From Eledone cirrhosa (Eukaryota): a DNA stretch of 64,000 nt. The notes under the pieces are model-generated. The model saw only the letters and a list, made by a program, of their open reading frames with translations, was not told the origin of the DNA and ran no database searches. Below, in pieces: positions 46,171 to 59,200 of the stretch; the first letter of the stretch is position 1, and every line of letters starts with the position of its first letter. The translations under genes were made by a program, and so were the position numbers. The stretch covers positions 10,106,001 to 10,170,000 of the forward strand of contig OZ024757.1 of assembly GCA_964016885.1 (NCBI GenBank). The letters run 5' to 3'.

Positions 46171-47299
46171 GTTGGGGGTAAGTTAATTTGGGGTTAAGTT
46201 AAGTTGGGGTTTAGTTAATTTGGGGTTAAGTCAAGTTGGGGTTAAGTCAAGTTGGGGTTAAGTTAAGTTGGGGTTAAGTTAAGTCGGGGTTAAGTTAAGT
46301 TGGGGTTAAGTTAAGTCGGGGTTAAGTTAAGTTGGGGTTAAGTTAAGTTGGGGTAAGTTAAGTTGGGGTTAAGTTAAGTTGGGGTTTACTTAAGTTGGGG
46401 TTAAGTCAAGTTGGGGTTAAGTCAAGTTGGGGTTAAGTCAAGTTGGGGTTAAGTTAAGTTGGGGTTAAGTTAAGTTGGGGTTAAATTAAGTTGGGGTTAA
46501 GTTAAGTTGGGGTTAAGTTAAGTTGGCGTTAAGTTAAGTTGGGGTTAAGTTAACTTGGGGTTAAGTTAACTTGGGGTTAAGTTAAGTTGGGGTTAAGTCA
46601 AGTTGGGGTTAAATCAAGTTGGGGTTAACTTAAGTTTGGATTAACTTAAGTTGGGTTAACTTAAGTTGGGGTTAAGTTGGGGTTAACTTAAGTTGGGGTT
46701 AAGTTAATTTGGGGTTAAGTTAAGTTGGGGTTCAGTTAAGTTGGGGTTGATTTAAGTTGGGGTTGAGTTAAGTTGGGGTCGAGTTAAGTTGGGGTTGAGT
46801 TAAGTTGGGGTTAAGTTAAGTTGGGGTTAAGTTAAGTTGGGGTTAAGTTAAGTTTGGTTTAAGTTAAGTTGGGGTTAAGTTAAGTTGGGGTTAAGTTAAG
46901 TTGGGATTAGGTTAAGTTGGGGTTAAGTTAAGTTGGGGTTAAGTTAAGTTGTGGTTAATTTAAGTTGGGGTTAAGTTAAGTTGGGGTTAAGTTAAGTTGG
47001 TGTTAAGGTAAGTTGGGGTTAAGTTAAGTTGGGGTTAAGTTAAGTTGGGGTTAAGTTAAGTTGGGGTTAACTTAAGTTGGGGTTAACTTAAGTTGGGGTT
47101 AAGTTGGGGTTAACTTAATTGGGGTTAAGTTGGGGTTAACTTAAGTTGGGGTTAAGTTAAGTTGGGGTTGAGTTAAGTTGGGGTTGATTTAACTTGGGGT
47201 TGAGTTAAGTTGGAGTCGAGTTAAGTTGGGGTTGAGTTAAGTTGGTGTTAAATTAAGTTGGGGTTAAGTTAAGTTGGAGTTAAGTTAAGTTGGGGTTAA

Positions 47300-50200
47300 G
47301 TTAAGTTGGGGTTAAGTTAAGTTGGCGTTAAATTAAATTGGGGTTAAGTTAAGTTGGGGTTACGTTAAGTTGGGGTTAAGTTAAGTTGGGGTTAAGTCAA
47401 GTTGGGGTTAAATCAAGTTGGGGTTAACTTAAGTTTGGATTAACTTAAGTTGGGTTAACTTAAGTTGGGGTTAAGTTGGGCTTAACTTAAGTTGGGGTTA
47501 AGTTAAGTTGGGGTTGAGTTAAGTTGGGGTTGAGTTAAGTTGGGGTTGAGTTAAGTTGGGGTTGAGTTAAGTTGGGGTCGAGTTAAGTTGGGGTTGAGTT
47601 AAGTTGGGGTTAAGTTAAGTTGGGGTTATGTTAAGTTGGGGTTAAGTTAAGTTGGGATTAGGTTAAGTTGGGGTTAAGTTAAGTTGGGGTTAAGTTAAGT
47701 CGGAGTAAAGTTAAGTTGGGGTTAAGTTAAGTTGGGGGTAAGTTAAGTTGTGGTTAAGTTAAGTTGGGGTTAAGTTGGGGTTAAGTTAAGTTGGGGTTGA
47801 GTTAAGTTGGGGTTGAATTAAGTTGGGATTGAGTTAAGTTGGAGTTAAGTTAAGTTGGGGTTAAGTTAAGTTGGGGTTAAGTTAAGTTGGCGTTAAATTA
47901 AGTTGGGGTTAAGTTAAGTTGGGGTTACGTTAAGTTGGGGTTAAGTTAAGTTGGGGTTAAGTCAAGTTGGGGTTAAATCAAGTTGGGGTTAACTTAAGTT
48001 TGGATTAACTTAAGTTGGGTTAACTTAAGTTGGGATTAAGTTGGGGTTAACTTAAGTTGGGGTTAAGTTAAGTTGGGGTTGAGTTAAGTTGGGGTTGAGT
48101 TAAGTTGGGGTTGAGTTAAGTTGGGGTTAAGTTAAGTTGGGGTTAAGTTAAGTTGGGGTTAAGTTAAGTTGGGATTAGATTAAGTAGGAGTTAAGTTAAG
48201 TTGGGGTTAAGTTAAGTTGTGGTTAAGTTAAGTTGGGGTTAAGTTAAGTTGGGGTTAAGTTAAGTTGGGGTTAACTTAAGTTGGGTTAACTTAAGTTGGG
48301 ATTAAGTTGGGGTTAACTTAAGTTGGGGTTAAGTTAAGTTGAGGCTAAGTTAAGTTGGGGCTGAGTTAACTTGGGGTTAAGTTAAGTTGGGGTTAAGTTA
48401 AGTTGGGGTTAAGGTAAGTTGGGGTTAAGTTAAGTTGGGGTTAAGTTAAGTTGGGGTTAACTTAAGTTGGGGTTAACTTAAGTTGGGGTTAAGTTGGGGT
48501 TAACTTAAGTTGGGGTTAATTTAAGTTGGGGTTGAGTTAATTTGGGGTTGATTTCAGTTTGGGCTGAGTTAAGTTGGGGTCGAGTTAAGTTGGGGTTGTG
48601 TTAAGTTGGGGTTAAGTTAAGTTGGGGTTAAGTTAAGTTGGGGTTGAGTTAAGTTGGGATCGAGGTAAGTTGGGGTTGAGTTAAGTTGGGGTTAAGTTAA
48701 GTTCGGGTTAACTTAAGTTGGGGTTAAGTTAAGTTGGGGTTAAGTTAAGTTGGGGTTAAGTTAAGTTGGGGTTAAGTTAAGTTGGGGTTAAGTTAAGTTG
48801 GGGTTAAGTTAAGTTGGGGTTAAGTTAAGTTGGGGTTGAGTTAAGTTAGGGTCGAGTTAAGTTGGGGTTGAGTTAATTTGGGGTTGAATTAAGTTGGGGT
48901 TAGGTTAAGTTGGGGTTAAGTTAAATTTGGTTTAAGTTAAGTTGGGGTTAAGTTAAGTTGGGGTTAAGTTAAGTTGGGATTAGATTAAGTTGGGGTTAAG
49001 TTAAGTTGGGGTTGAGTTAAGTTGGGGTTAAGTTAAGTTGGCGTTAAGTTAAGTTGGGGTTAAGTTAAGTTGGGGTTAAGTTAAGTTGGGGTTAAGTTAA
49101 GTTGGGGTTAAGTTAAGTTGGGGTTAAGTTAAGTTGGAGTTAAGTTAAGTTGGGGTTAAGTCAAGTTGGGGTTGAGTTAATTTGGGGTTAAGTTAAGTTG
49201 GGGTTAAGTTAAGTTGGAGTTAAGTTAAGTTGGGGTTAAGTCAAGTTGGGGTTGAGTTAATTTGGGGTTGAATTAAGTTGGGGTTAGGTTAAGTTGGGGT
49301 TAAGTTAAGTTTGGTTTAAGTTAAGTTGGGGTTAAGTTAAGTTGGGGTTAAGTTAATTTGGGGTTAAGTTAAGTTGGGGTTGAGTTAAGTTGGGGTTGAT
49401 TTAAGTTGGGGTTGAATTAAGTTGGGGTCGAGTTAAGTTGGGGTTGAGTTAAGTTGGGGTTAAGTTAAGTTGGGGTTAAGTTAAGTTGGAGTTAAGTTAA
49501 GTTGGGGTTAAGTTAAGTTGGGGTTAAGTTAAGTCGGAGTAAAGTTAAGTTGGGGTTAAGTTAAGTTGGGGGTAAGTTAAGTTGTGGTTAAGTTAAGTTG
49601 GGGTTAAGTTGGGGTTAAGTTAAGTTGGGGTTGAGTTAAGTTGGGGTTGAATTAAGTTGGGATTGAGTTAAGTTGGAGTTAAGTTAAGTTGGGGTTAAAT
49701 TAAGTTGGGGGTAAGTTAAGTTGTGGTTAAGTTAAGTTGGGGTTAAGTTGGGGTTAAGTTAAGTTGGGGTTGAGTTAAGTTGGGGTTGAATTAAGTTGGG
49801 ATTGAGTTAAGTTGGAGTTAAGTTAAGTTGGGGTTAAGTTAAGTTGGGGTTAAGTTAAGTTGGCGTTAAATTAAGTTGGGGTTAAGTTAAGTTGGGGTTA
49901 CGTTAAGTTGGGGTTAAGTTAAGTTGGGGTTAAGTCAAGTTGGGGTTAAATCAAGTTGGGGTTAACTTAAGTTTGGATTAACTTAAGTTGGGTTAACTTA
50001 AGTTGGGATTAAGTTGGGGTTAACTTAAGTTGGGGTTAAGTTAAGTTGGGGTTGAGTTAAGTTGGGGTTGAGTTAAGTTGGGGTTGAGTTAAGTTGGGGT
50101 TAAGTTAAGTTGGGGTTAAGTTAAGTTGGGGTTAAGTTAAGTTGGGATTAGATTAAGTAGGAGTTAAGTTAAGTTGGGGTTAAGTTAAGTTGTGGTTAAG

Positions 50201-53200
50201 TTAAGTTGGGGTTAAGTTAAGTTGGGGTTAAGTTAAGTTGGGGTTAACTTAAGTTGGAGTTAAGTTAAGTTGGGGTTAAGTTAAGTTGAGGCTAAGTTAA
50301 GTTGGGGCTGAGTTAACTTGGGGTTAAGTTAAGTTGGGGTTAAGTTAAGTTGGGGTTAAGGTAAGTTGGGGTTAAGTTAAGTTGGGGTTAAGTTAAGTTG
50401 GGGTTGAATTAAGTTGGGATTGAGTTAAGTTAGAGTTAAGTTAAGTTGGGGTTAAGTTAAGTTGGGGTTAAGTTAAGTTGGCGTTGAATTAAGTTGGGGT
50501 TAAGTTAAGTTGGGGTTACGTTAAGTTGGGGATAAGTTAAGTTGGGGTTAAGTCAAGTTGGGGTTAAATCAAGTTGGGGTTAACTTAAGTTTGGATTAAC
50601 TTAAGTTGGGTTAACTTAAGTTGGGATTAAGTTGGGGTTAACTTAAGTTGGGGTTAAGTTAAGTTGGCGTTGAGTTAAGTTGGGGTTGAGTTAAGTTGGG
50701 GTTGAGTTAAGTTGGGGTTGAGTTAAGTTGGGGTCGAGTTAAGTTGGGGTTGATTTAAGTTGGGGTTAAGTTAAGTTGGGGTTAAGTTAAGTTGGGGTTA
50801 AGTTAAGTTGGGATTAGATTAAGTAGGAGTTAAGTTAAGTTGGGGTTAAGTTAAGTTGTGGTTAAGTTAAGTTGGGGTTAAGTTAAGTTGTGGTTAAGTT
50901 AAGTTGGGGTTAAGTTAAATTTGGTTTAAGTTAAGTTGGGGTTAAGTTAAGTTGGGATTAGATTAAGTTGGGGTTAAGTTAAGTTGGGGTTGAGTTAAGT
51001 TGGGGTTAAGTTAAGTTGGCGTTAAGTTAAGTTGGGGTTAAGTTAAGTTGGGGTTAAGTTAAGTTGGAGTTAAGTTAAATTGGGGTTAAGTCAAGTTGGG
51101 GTTGAGTTAATTTTGGGTTAAGTTAAGTTGGGGTTAAGGTAAGTTGGAGTTAAGTTAAGTTGGGGTTAAGTCAAGTTGGGGTTGAGTTAATTTGGGGTTG
51201 AATTAAGTTGGGGTTAGGTTAAGTTGGGGTTAAGTTAAGTTTGGTTTAAGTTAAGTTGGGGTTAAGTTAAGTTGGGGTTAAGTTAAGTTGGGGTTAAGTT
51301 AAGTTGGGGTTGATTTAAGTTGGGGTTGATTTAAGTTGGGGTTGAATTAAGTTGGGGTCGAGTTAAGTTGGGGTTGAGTTAAGTTGGGGTTAAGTTAAGT
51401 TGGGGTTAAGTTAAGTTGGAGTTAAGTTAAGTTGGGGTTAAGTTAAGTTGGGGTTAAGTTAAGTCGGAGTAAAGTTAAGTTGGGGTTAAGTTAAGTTGGG
51501 GGTAAGTTAAGTTGTGGTTAAGTTAAGTTGGGGTTAAGTTGGTGTAAGTTAAGTTGGGGTTGAGTTAAGTTGGGATTGAATTAAGTTGGGATTGAGTTAA
51601 GTTGGAGTTAAGTTAAGTTGGGGTTAAGTTAAGTTAGCGTTAAATTAAGTTGGGGTTAAGTTAAGTTGGGGTTACGTTAAGTTGGGGTTGAGTTAAGTTG
51701 GGGTCGAGTTAAGTTGGGGTTGAGTTAAGTTGGGGTTAAGTTAAGTTGGGGTTAAGTTAAGTTGGGGTTAATTTAAGTTGGGGTTAAGTTAAGTTGGGGT
51801 TCAGTTAAGTTGGGGTTAAGTTAAGTTGGGGTTAAGTTAAGTTGGAGTTAAGTTAAGTTGGGGTTAAGTCAAGTTGGGGTTGAGTTAATTTGGGGTTGAA
51901 TTAAGTTGGGGTTAGGTTAAGTTGGGGTTAAGTTAAGTTTGGTTTAAGTTAAGTTGGGGTTAAGTTAAGTTGGGGTTAAGTTAAGTTGGGGTTAAGTTAA
52001 GTTGGGGTTGATTTAAGTTGGGGTTGATTTAAGTTGGGGCTGAATTAAGTTGGGGTCGAGTTAAGTTGGGGTTGAGTTAAGTTGGGGTTAAGTTAAGTTG
52101 GGGTTAAGTTAAGTTGGAGTTAAGTTAAGTTGGGGTTAAGTTAAGTTGGGGTTAAGTTAAGTCGGAGTAAAGTTAAGTTGGGGTTAAGTTAAGTTGGGGG
52201 TAAGTTAAGTTGTGGTTAAGTTAAGTTGGGGTTAAGTTGGGGTTAAGTTAAGTTGGGGTTGAGTTAAGTTGGGGTTGAATTAAGTTGGGATTGAGTTAAG
52301 TTGGAGTTAAGTTAAGTTGGGGTTAAGTTAAGTTGGGGTTAAGTTAAGTTGGCGTTAAATTAAGTTGGGGTTAAGTTAAGTTGGGGTTACGTTAAGTTGG
52401 GGTTGAGTTAAGTTGGGGTCGAGTTAAGTTGGGGTTGAGTTAAGTTGGGGTTAAGTTAAGTTGGGGTTAAGTTAAGTTGGGGTTAAGTTAAGTTGGGATT
52501 AGATTAAGTAGGAGTTAAGTTAAGTTGGGGTTAAGTTAAGTTGTGGTTAAGTTAAGTTGGGGTTAAGTTAAGTTGGGGTTAAGTTAAGTTGGGGTTAACT
52601 TAAGTTGGAGTTAAGTTAAGTTGGGGTTAAGTTAAGTTGAGGCTAAGTTAAGTTGGGGCTGAGTTAAGTTGGGGTTGAGTTAAGTTGGGGTTGAGTTAAG
52701 TTGGGGTTGAGTTAAGTTGGGGTCGAGTTAAGTTGGGGTTGAGTTAAGTTGGGGTTAAGTTAAGTTGGGGTTAAGTTAAGTTGGGGTTAAGTTAAGTTGG
52801 AATTAGGTTAAGTTGGGGTTAAGTTAAGTTGGGGTTAAGTTAAGTTGTGGTTAATTTAAGTTGGGGTTAAGTTAAGTTGGGGTTAAGTTAAGTTGGTGTT
52901 AAGGTAAGTTGGGGTTAAGTTAAGTTGCGGTTAAGTTAAGTTGGGGTTAAGTTAAGTTGGGGTTAACTTAAGTTGGGGTTAACTTAAGTTGGGGTTAAGT
53001 TGGGGTTAACTTAATTGGGGTTAAGTTGGGGTTAACTTAAGTTGGGGTTAAGTTAAGTTGGGGTTGAGTTAAGTTGGGGTTGATTTAACTTGGGGTTGAG
53101 TTAAGTTGGAGTCGAGTTAAGTTGGGGTTGAGTTAAGTTGGGGTTAAATTAAGTTGGGGTTAAGTTAAGTTGGAGTTAAGTTAAGTTGGGGTTAAGTTAA

Positions 53201-56200
53201 GTTGGGGTTAAGTTAAGTTGGCGTTAAATTAAATTGGGGTTAAGTTAAGTTGGGGTTACGTTAAGTTGGGGTTAAGTTAAGTTGGGGTTAAGTCAAGTTG
53301 GGGTTAAATCAAGTTGGGGTTAACTTAAGTTTGGATTAACTTAAGTTGGGTTAACTTAAGTTGGGGTTAAGTTGGGCTTAACTTAAGTTGGGGTTAAGTT
53401 AAGTTGGGGTTGAGTTAAGTTGGGGTTGAGTTAAGTTGGGGTTGAGTTAAGTTGGGGTTGAGTTAAGTTGGGGTCGAGTTAAGTTGGGGTTGAGTTAAGT
53501 TGGGGTTAAGTTAAGTTGGGGTTAAGTTAAGTTGGGGTTAAGTTAAGTTGGGATTAGGTTAAGTTGGGGTTAAGTTAAGTTGGGGTTAAGTTAAGTCGGA
53601 GTAAAGTTAAGTTGGGGTTAAGTTAAGTTGGGGGTAAGTTAAGTTGTGGTTAAGTTAAGTTGGGGTTAAGTTGGGGTTAAGTTAAGTTGGGGTTGAGTTA
53701 AGTTGGGGTTGAATTAAGTTGGGATTGAGTTAAGTTGGAGTTAAGTTAAGTTGGGGTTAAGTTAAGTTGGGGTTAAGTTAAGTTGGCGTTAAATTAAGTT
53801 GGGGTTAAGTTAAGTTGGGGTTACGTTAAGTTGGGGTTAAGTTAAGTTGGGGTTAAGTCAAGTTGGGGTTAAATCAAGTTGTGGTTAAGTTAAGTTGGGG
53901 TTAAGTTAAGTTGGGGTTAAGTTAAGTTGGGGTAAACTTAAGTTGGAGTTAAGTTAAGTTGGGGTTAAGTTAAGTTGAGGCTAAGTTAAGTTGGGGCTGA
54001 GTTAACTTGGGGTTAAGTTAAGTTGGGGTTAAGTTAAGTTGGGGTTAAGGTAAGTTGGGGTTAAGTTAAGTTGGGCTTAAGTTAAGTTGGGGTTAAGTTA
54101 AGTTGGGGTTAACTTAAGTTGGGGTTAACTTAAGTTGGGGTTAAGTTGGGGTTAACTTAAGTTGGGGTTAATTTAAGTTGGGGTTGAGTTAAGTTGGGGT
54201 TGATTTCAGTTTGGGTTGAGTTAAGTTGGGGTCGAGTTAAGTTGTGGTTGTGTTAAGTTGGGGTTAAGTTAAGTTGGGGTTAAGTTAAGTTGGGGTTGAG
54301 TTAAGTTGGGATCGAGGTAAGTTGGGGTTGAGTTAAGTTGGGGTTAAGTTAAGTTGGGGTTAACTTAAGTTGGGGTTAACTTAAGTTGGGGTTAAGTTAA
54401 GTTGGGGTTAAGTTAAGTTGGGGTTAATTTAAGTTGGGGTTAAGTTAAGTTGGGGTTAAGTTAAGTTGGGGTTGAGTTAAGTTAGGGTCGAGTTAAGTTG
54501 GGGTTGAGTTAATTTGGGGTTGAATTAAGTTGGGGTTAGGTTAAGTTGGGGTTAAGTTAAGTTGGGGTTAAGTTAAGTTGGGGTTGATTTAAGTTGGGGT
54601 TGATTTAAGTTGGGGCTGAATTAAGTTGGGGTCGAGTTAAGTTGGGGTTGAGTTAAGTTGGGGTTAAGTTAAGTTGGGGTTAAGTTAAGTTGGAGTTAAG
54701 TTAAGTTGGGGTTAAGTTAAGTTGGGGTTAAGTTAAGTCGGATTAAAGTTAAGTTGGGGTTAAGTTAAGTTGGGGGTAAGTTAAGTTGTGGTTAAGTTAA
54801 GTTGGGGTTAAGTTGGGGTTAAGTTAAGTTGGGGTTGAGTTAAGTTGGGGTTGAATTAAGTTGGGATTGAGTTAAGTTGGAGTTAAGTTAAGTTGGGGTT
54901 AAGTTAAGTTGGGGTTAAGTTAAGTTGGCGTTAAATTAAGTTGGGGTTAAGTTAAGTTGGGGTTACGTTAAGTTGGGGTTGAGTTAAGTTGGGGTCGAGT
55001 TAAGTTGGGGTTGAGTTAAGTTGGGGTTAAGTTAAGTTGGGGTTAAGTTAAGTTGGGGTTAAGTTAAGTTGGGATTAGATTAAGTAGGAGTTAAGTTAAG
55101 TTGGGGTTAAGTTAAGTTGTGGTTAAGTTAAGTTGGGGTTAAGTTAAGTTGGGGTTAAGTTAAGTTGGGGTTAACTTAAGTTGGAGTTAAGTTAAGTTGG
55201 GGTTAAGTTAAGTTGAGGCTAAGTTAAGTTGGGGCTGAGTTAAGTTGGGGTTGAGTTAAGTTGGGGTTGAGTTAAGTTGGGGTTGAGTTAAGTTGGGGTC
55301 GAGTTAAGTTGGGGTTGAGTTAAGTTGGGGTTAAGTTAAGTTGGGGTTAAGTTAAGTTGGGGTTAAGTTAAGTTGGAATTAGGTTAAGTTGGGGTTAAGT
55401 TAAGTTGGGGTTAAGTTAAGTTGTGGTTAATTTAAGTTGGGGTTAAGTTAAGTTGGGGTTAAGTTAAGTTGGTGTTAAGGTAAGTTGGGGTTAAGTTAAG
55501 TTGGGGTTAAGTTAAGTTGGGGTTAAGTTAAGTTGGGGTTAACTTAAGTTGGGGTTAACTTAAGTTGGGGTTAAGTTGGGGTTAACTTAATTGGGGTTAA
55601 GTTGGGGTTAACTTAAGTTGGGGTTAAGTTAAGTTGGGGTTGAGTTAAGTTGGGGTTGATTTAACTTGGGGTTGAGTTAAGTTGGAGTCGAGTTAAGTTG
55701 GGGTTGAGTTAAGTTGGGGTTAAATTAAGTTGGGGTTAAGTTAAGTTGGAGTTAAGTTAAGTTGGGGTTAAGTTAAGTTGGGGTTAAGTTAAGTTGGCGT
55801 TAAATTAAATTGGGGTTAAGTTAAGTTGGGGTTACGTTAAGTTGGGGTTAAGTTAAGTTGGGGTTAAGTCAAGTTGGGGTTAAATCAAGTTGGGGTTAAC
55901 TTAAGTTTGGATTAACTTAAGTTGGGTTAACTTAAGTTGGGGTTAAGTTGGGCTTAACTTAAGTTGGGGTTAAGTTAAGTTGGGGTTAAGTTAAGTTGGG
56001 GTTAAGTTAAGTTGGGATTAGATTAAGTAGGAGTTAAGTTAAGTTGGGGTTAAGTTAAGTTGTGGTTAAGTTAAGTTGGGGTTAAGTTAAGTTGGGGTTA
56101 AGTTAAGTTGGGGTTAACTTAAGTTGGAGTTAAGTTAAGTTGGGGTTAAGTTAAGTTGAGGCTAAGTTAAGTTGGGGCTGAGTTAACTTGGGGTTAAGTT

Positions 56201-59200
56201 AAGTTGGGGTTAAGTTAAGTTGGGGTTAAGGTAAGTTGGGGTTAAGTTAAGTTGGGGTTAAGTTAAGTTGGGGTTGAGTTAAGTTGGGGTTAACTTAAGT
56301 TGGGGTTAACTTAAGTTGGGGTTAAGTTGGGGTTAACTTAAGTTGGGGTTAATTTAAGTTGGGGTTGAGTTAAGTTGGGGTTGATTTCAGTTTGGGTTGA
56401 GTTAAGTTGGGGTCGAGTTAAGTTGGGGTTGTGTTAAGTTGGGGTTAAGTTAAGTTGGGGTTAAGTTAAGTTGGGGTTGAGTTAAGTTGGGATCGAGGTA
56501 AGTTGGGTTGAGTTAAGTTGGGGTTAAGTTAAGTTGGGGTTAACTTAAGTTGGGGTTAACTTAAGTTGGGGTTAAGTTAAGTTGGGGTTAAGTTAAGTTG
56601 GGGTTAAGTTAAGTTGGGGTTAAGTTAAGTTGGGGTTGAGTTAAGTTAGGGTCGAGTTAAGTTGGGGTTGAGTTAATTTGGGGTTGAATTAAGTTGGGGT
56701 TAGGTTAAGTTGGGGTTAAGTTAAATTTGGTTTAAGTTAAGTTGGGGTTAAGTTAAGTTGGGGTTAAGTTAAGTTGGGATTAGATTAAGTTGGGGTTAAG
56801 TTAAGTTGGGGTTGAGTTAAGTTGGGGTTAAGTTAAGTTGGCGTTAAGTTAAGTTGGGGTTAAGTTAAGTTGGGGTTAAGTTAAGTTGGGGTTAAGTTAA
56901 GTTGGGGTTAAGTTAAGTTGGGGTTAAGTTAAGTTGGAGTTAAGTTAAGTTGGGGTTAAGTCAAGTTGGGGTTGAGTTAATTTGGGGTTAAGTTAAGTTG
57001 GGGTTAAGTTAAGTTGGAGTTAAGTTAAGTTGGGGTTAAGTCAAGTTGGGGTTGAGTTAATTTGGGGTTGAATTAAGTTGGGGTTAGGTTAAGTTGGGGT
57101 TAAGTTAAGTTTGGTTTAAGTTAAGTTGGGGTTAAGTTAAGTTGGGGTTAAGTTAATTTGGGGTTAAGTTAAGTTGGGGTTGAGTTAAGTTGGGGTTGAT
57201 TTAAGTTGGGGTTGAATTAAGTTGGGGTCGAGTTAAGTTGGGGTTGAGTTAAGTTGGGGTTAAGTTAAGTTGGGGTTAAGTTAAGTTGGAGTTAAGTTAA
57301 GTTGGGGTTAAGTTAAGTTGGGGTTAAGTTAAGTCGGAGTAAAGTTAAGTTGGGGTTAAGTTAAGTTGGGGGTAAGTTAAGTTGTGGTTAAGTTAAGTTG
57401 GGGTTAAGTTGGGGTTAAGTTAAGTTGGGGTTGAGTTAAGTTGGGGTTGAATTAAGTTGGGATTGAGTTAAGTTGGAGTTAAGTTAAGTTGGGGTTAAGT
57501 TAAGTTGGGGTTAAGTTAAGTTGGCGTTGAATTAAGTTGGGGTTAAGTTAAGTTGGGGTTACGTTAAGTTGGGGATAAGTTAAGTTGGGGTTAAGTCAAG
57601 TTGGGGTTAAATCAAGTTGGGGTTAACTTAAGTTTGGATTAACTTAAGTTGGGTTAACTTAAGTTGGGATTAAGTTGGGGTTAACTTAAGTTGGGGTTAA
57701 GTTAAGTTGGCGTTGAGTTAAGTTGGGGTTGAGTTAAGTTGGGGTTGAGTTAAGTTGGGGTTGAGTTAAGTTGGGGTCGAGTTAAGTTGGGGTTGATTTA
57801 AGTTGGGGTTAAGTTAAGTTGGGGTTAAGTTAAGTTGGGGTTAAGTTAAGTTGGGATTAGATTAAGTAGGAGTTAAGTTAAGTTGGGGTTAAGTTATTTG
57901 TGGTTAAGTTAAGTTGGGGTTAAGTTAAGTTGGGGTTAAGTTAAGTTGGGGTTAACTTAAGTTGGAGTTAAGTTAAGTTGGGGTTAAGTTAAATTTGGTT
58001 TAAGTTAAGTTGGGGTTAAGTTAAGTTGGGGTTAAGTTAAGTTGGGATTAGATTAAGTTGGGGTTAAGTTAAGTTGGGGTTGAGTTAAGTTGGGGTTAAG
58101 TTAAGTTGGCGTTAAGTTAAGTTGGGGTTAAGTTAAGTTGGGGTTAAGTTAAGTTGGGGTTAATTTAAGTTGGGGTTAAGTTAAGTTGGGGTTAAGTTAA
58201 GTTGGGGTTAAGTTAAGTTGGGGTTAAGTTAAGTTGGAGTTAAGTTAAGTTGGGGTTAAGTCAAGTTGGGGTTGAGTTAATTTGGGGTTAAGTTAAGTTG
58301 GGGTTAAGTTAAGTTGGAGTTAAGTTAAGTTGGGGTTAAGTCAAGTTGGGGTTGAGTTAATTTGGGGTTGAATTAAGTTGGGGTTAGGTTAAGTTGGGGT
58401 TAAGTTAAGTTGGGGTTAAGTTAAGTTGGCGTTAAGTTAAGTTGGGGTTAAGTTAAGTTGGGGTTAAGTTAAGTTGGGGTTAAGTTAAGTTGCGGGTAAG
58501 TTAATTTGGGGTTAAGTTAAGTTGGGGTTTAGTTAATTTGGGGTTAAGTCAAGTTGGGGTTAAGTCAAGTTGGGGTTAAGTTAAGTTGGGGTTAAGTTAA
58601 GTCGGGGTTAAGTTAAGTTGGGGTTAAGTTAAGTCGGGGTTAAGTTAAGTTGGGGTTAAGTTAAGTTGGGGTAAGTTAAGTTGGGGTTAAGTTAAGTTGG
58701 GGTTTACTTAAGTTGGGGTTAAGTCAAGTTGGGGTAAGTTAAGTTGGGGTTAAGTTAAGTTGGGGTTTACTTAAGTTGGGGTTAAGTCAAGTTGGGGTTA
58801 AGTCAAGTTGGGGTTAAGTCAAGTTGGGGTTAAGTTAAGTTGGGGTTAAGTTAAGTTGGGGTTAAATTAAGTTGGGGTTAAGTTAAGTTGGGGTTAAGTT
58901 AAGTTGGCGTTAAGTTAAGTTGGGGTTAAGTTAACTTGGGGTTAAGTTAACTTGGGGTTAAGTTAAGTTGGGGTTAAGTCAAGTTGGGGTTAAATCAAGT
59001 TGGGGTTAACTTAAGTTTGGATTAACTTAAGTTGGGTTAACTTAAGTTGGGGTTAAGTTGGGGTTAACTTAAGTTGGGGTTAAGTTAAGTTGGGGTTAAG
59101 TTAAGTTGGGGTTGAGTTAAGTTGGGGCTGAGTTAAGTTGGGGTTGAGTTAAGTTGGGGTTGATTTAAGTTGGGGTCGAGTTAAGTTGGGGTTGAGTTAA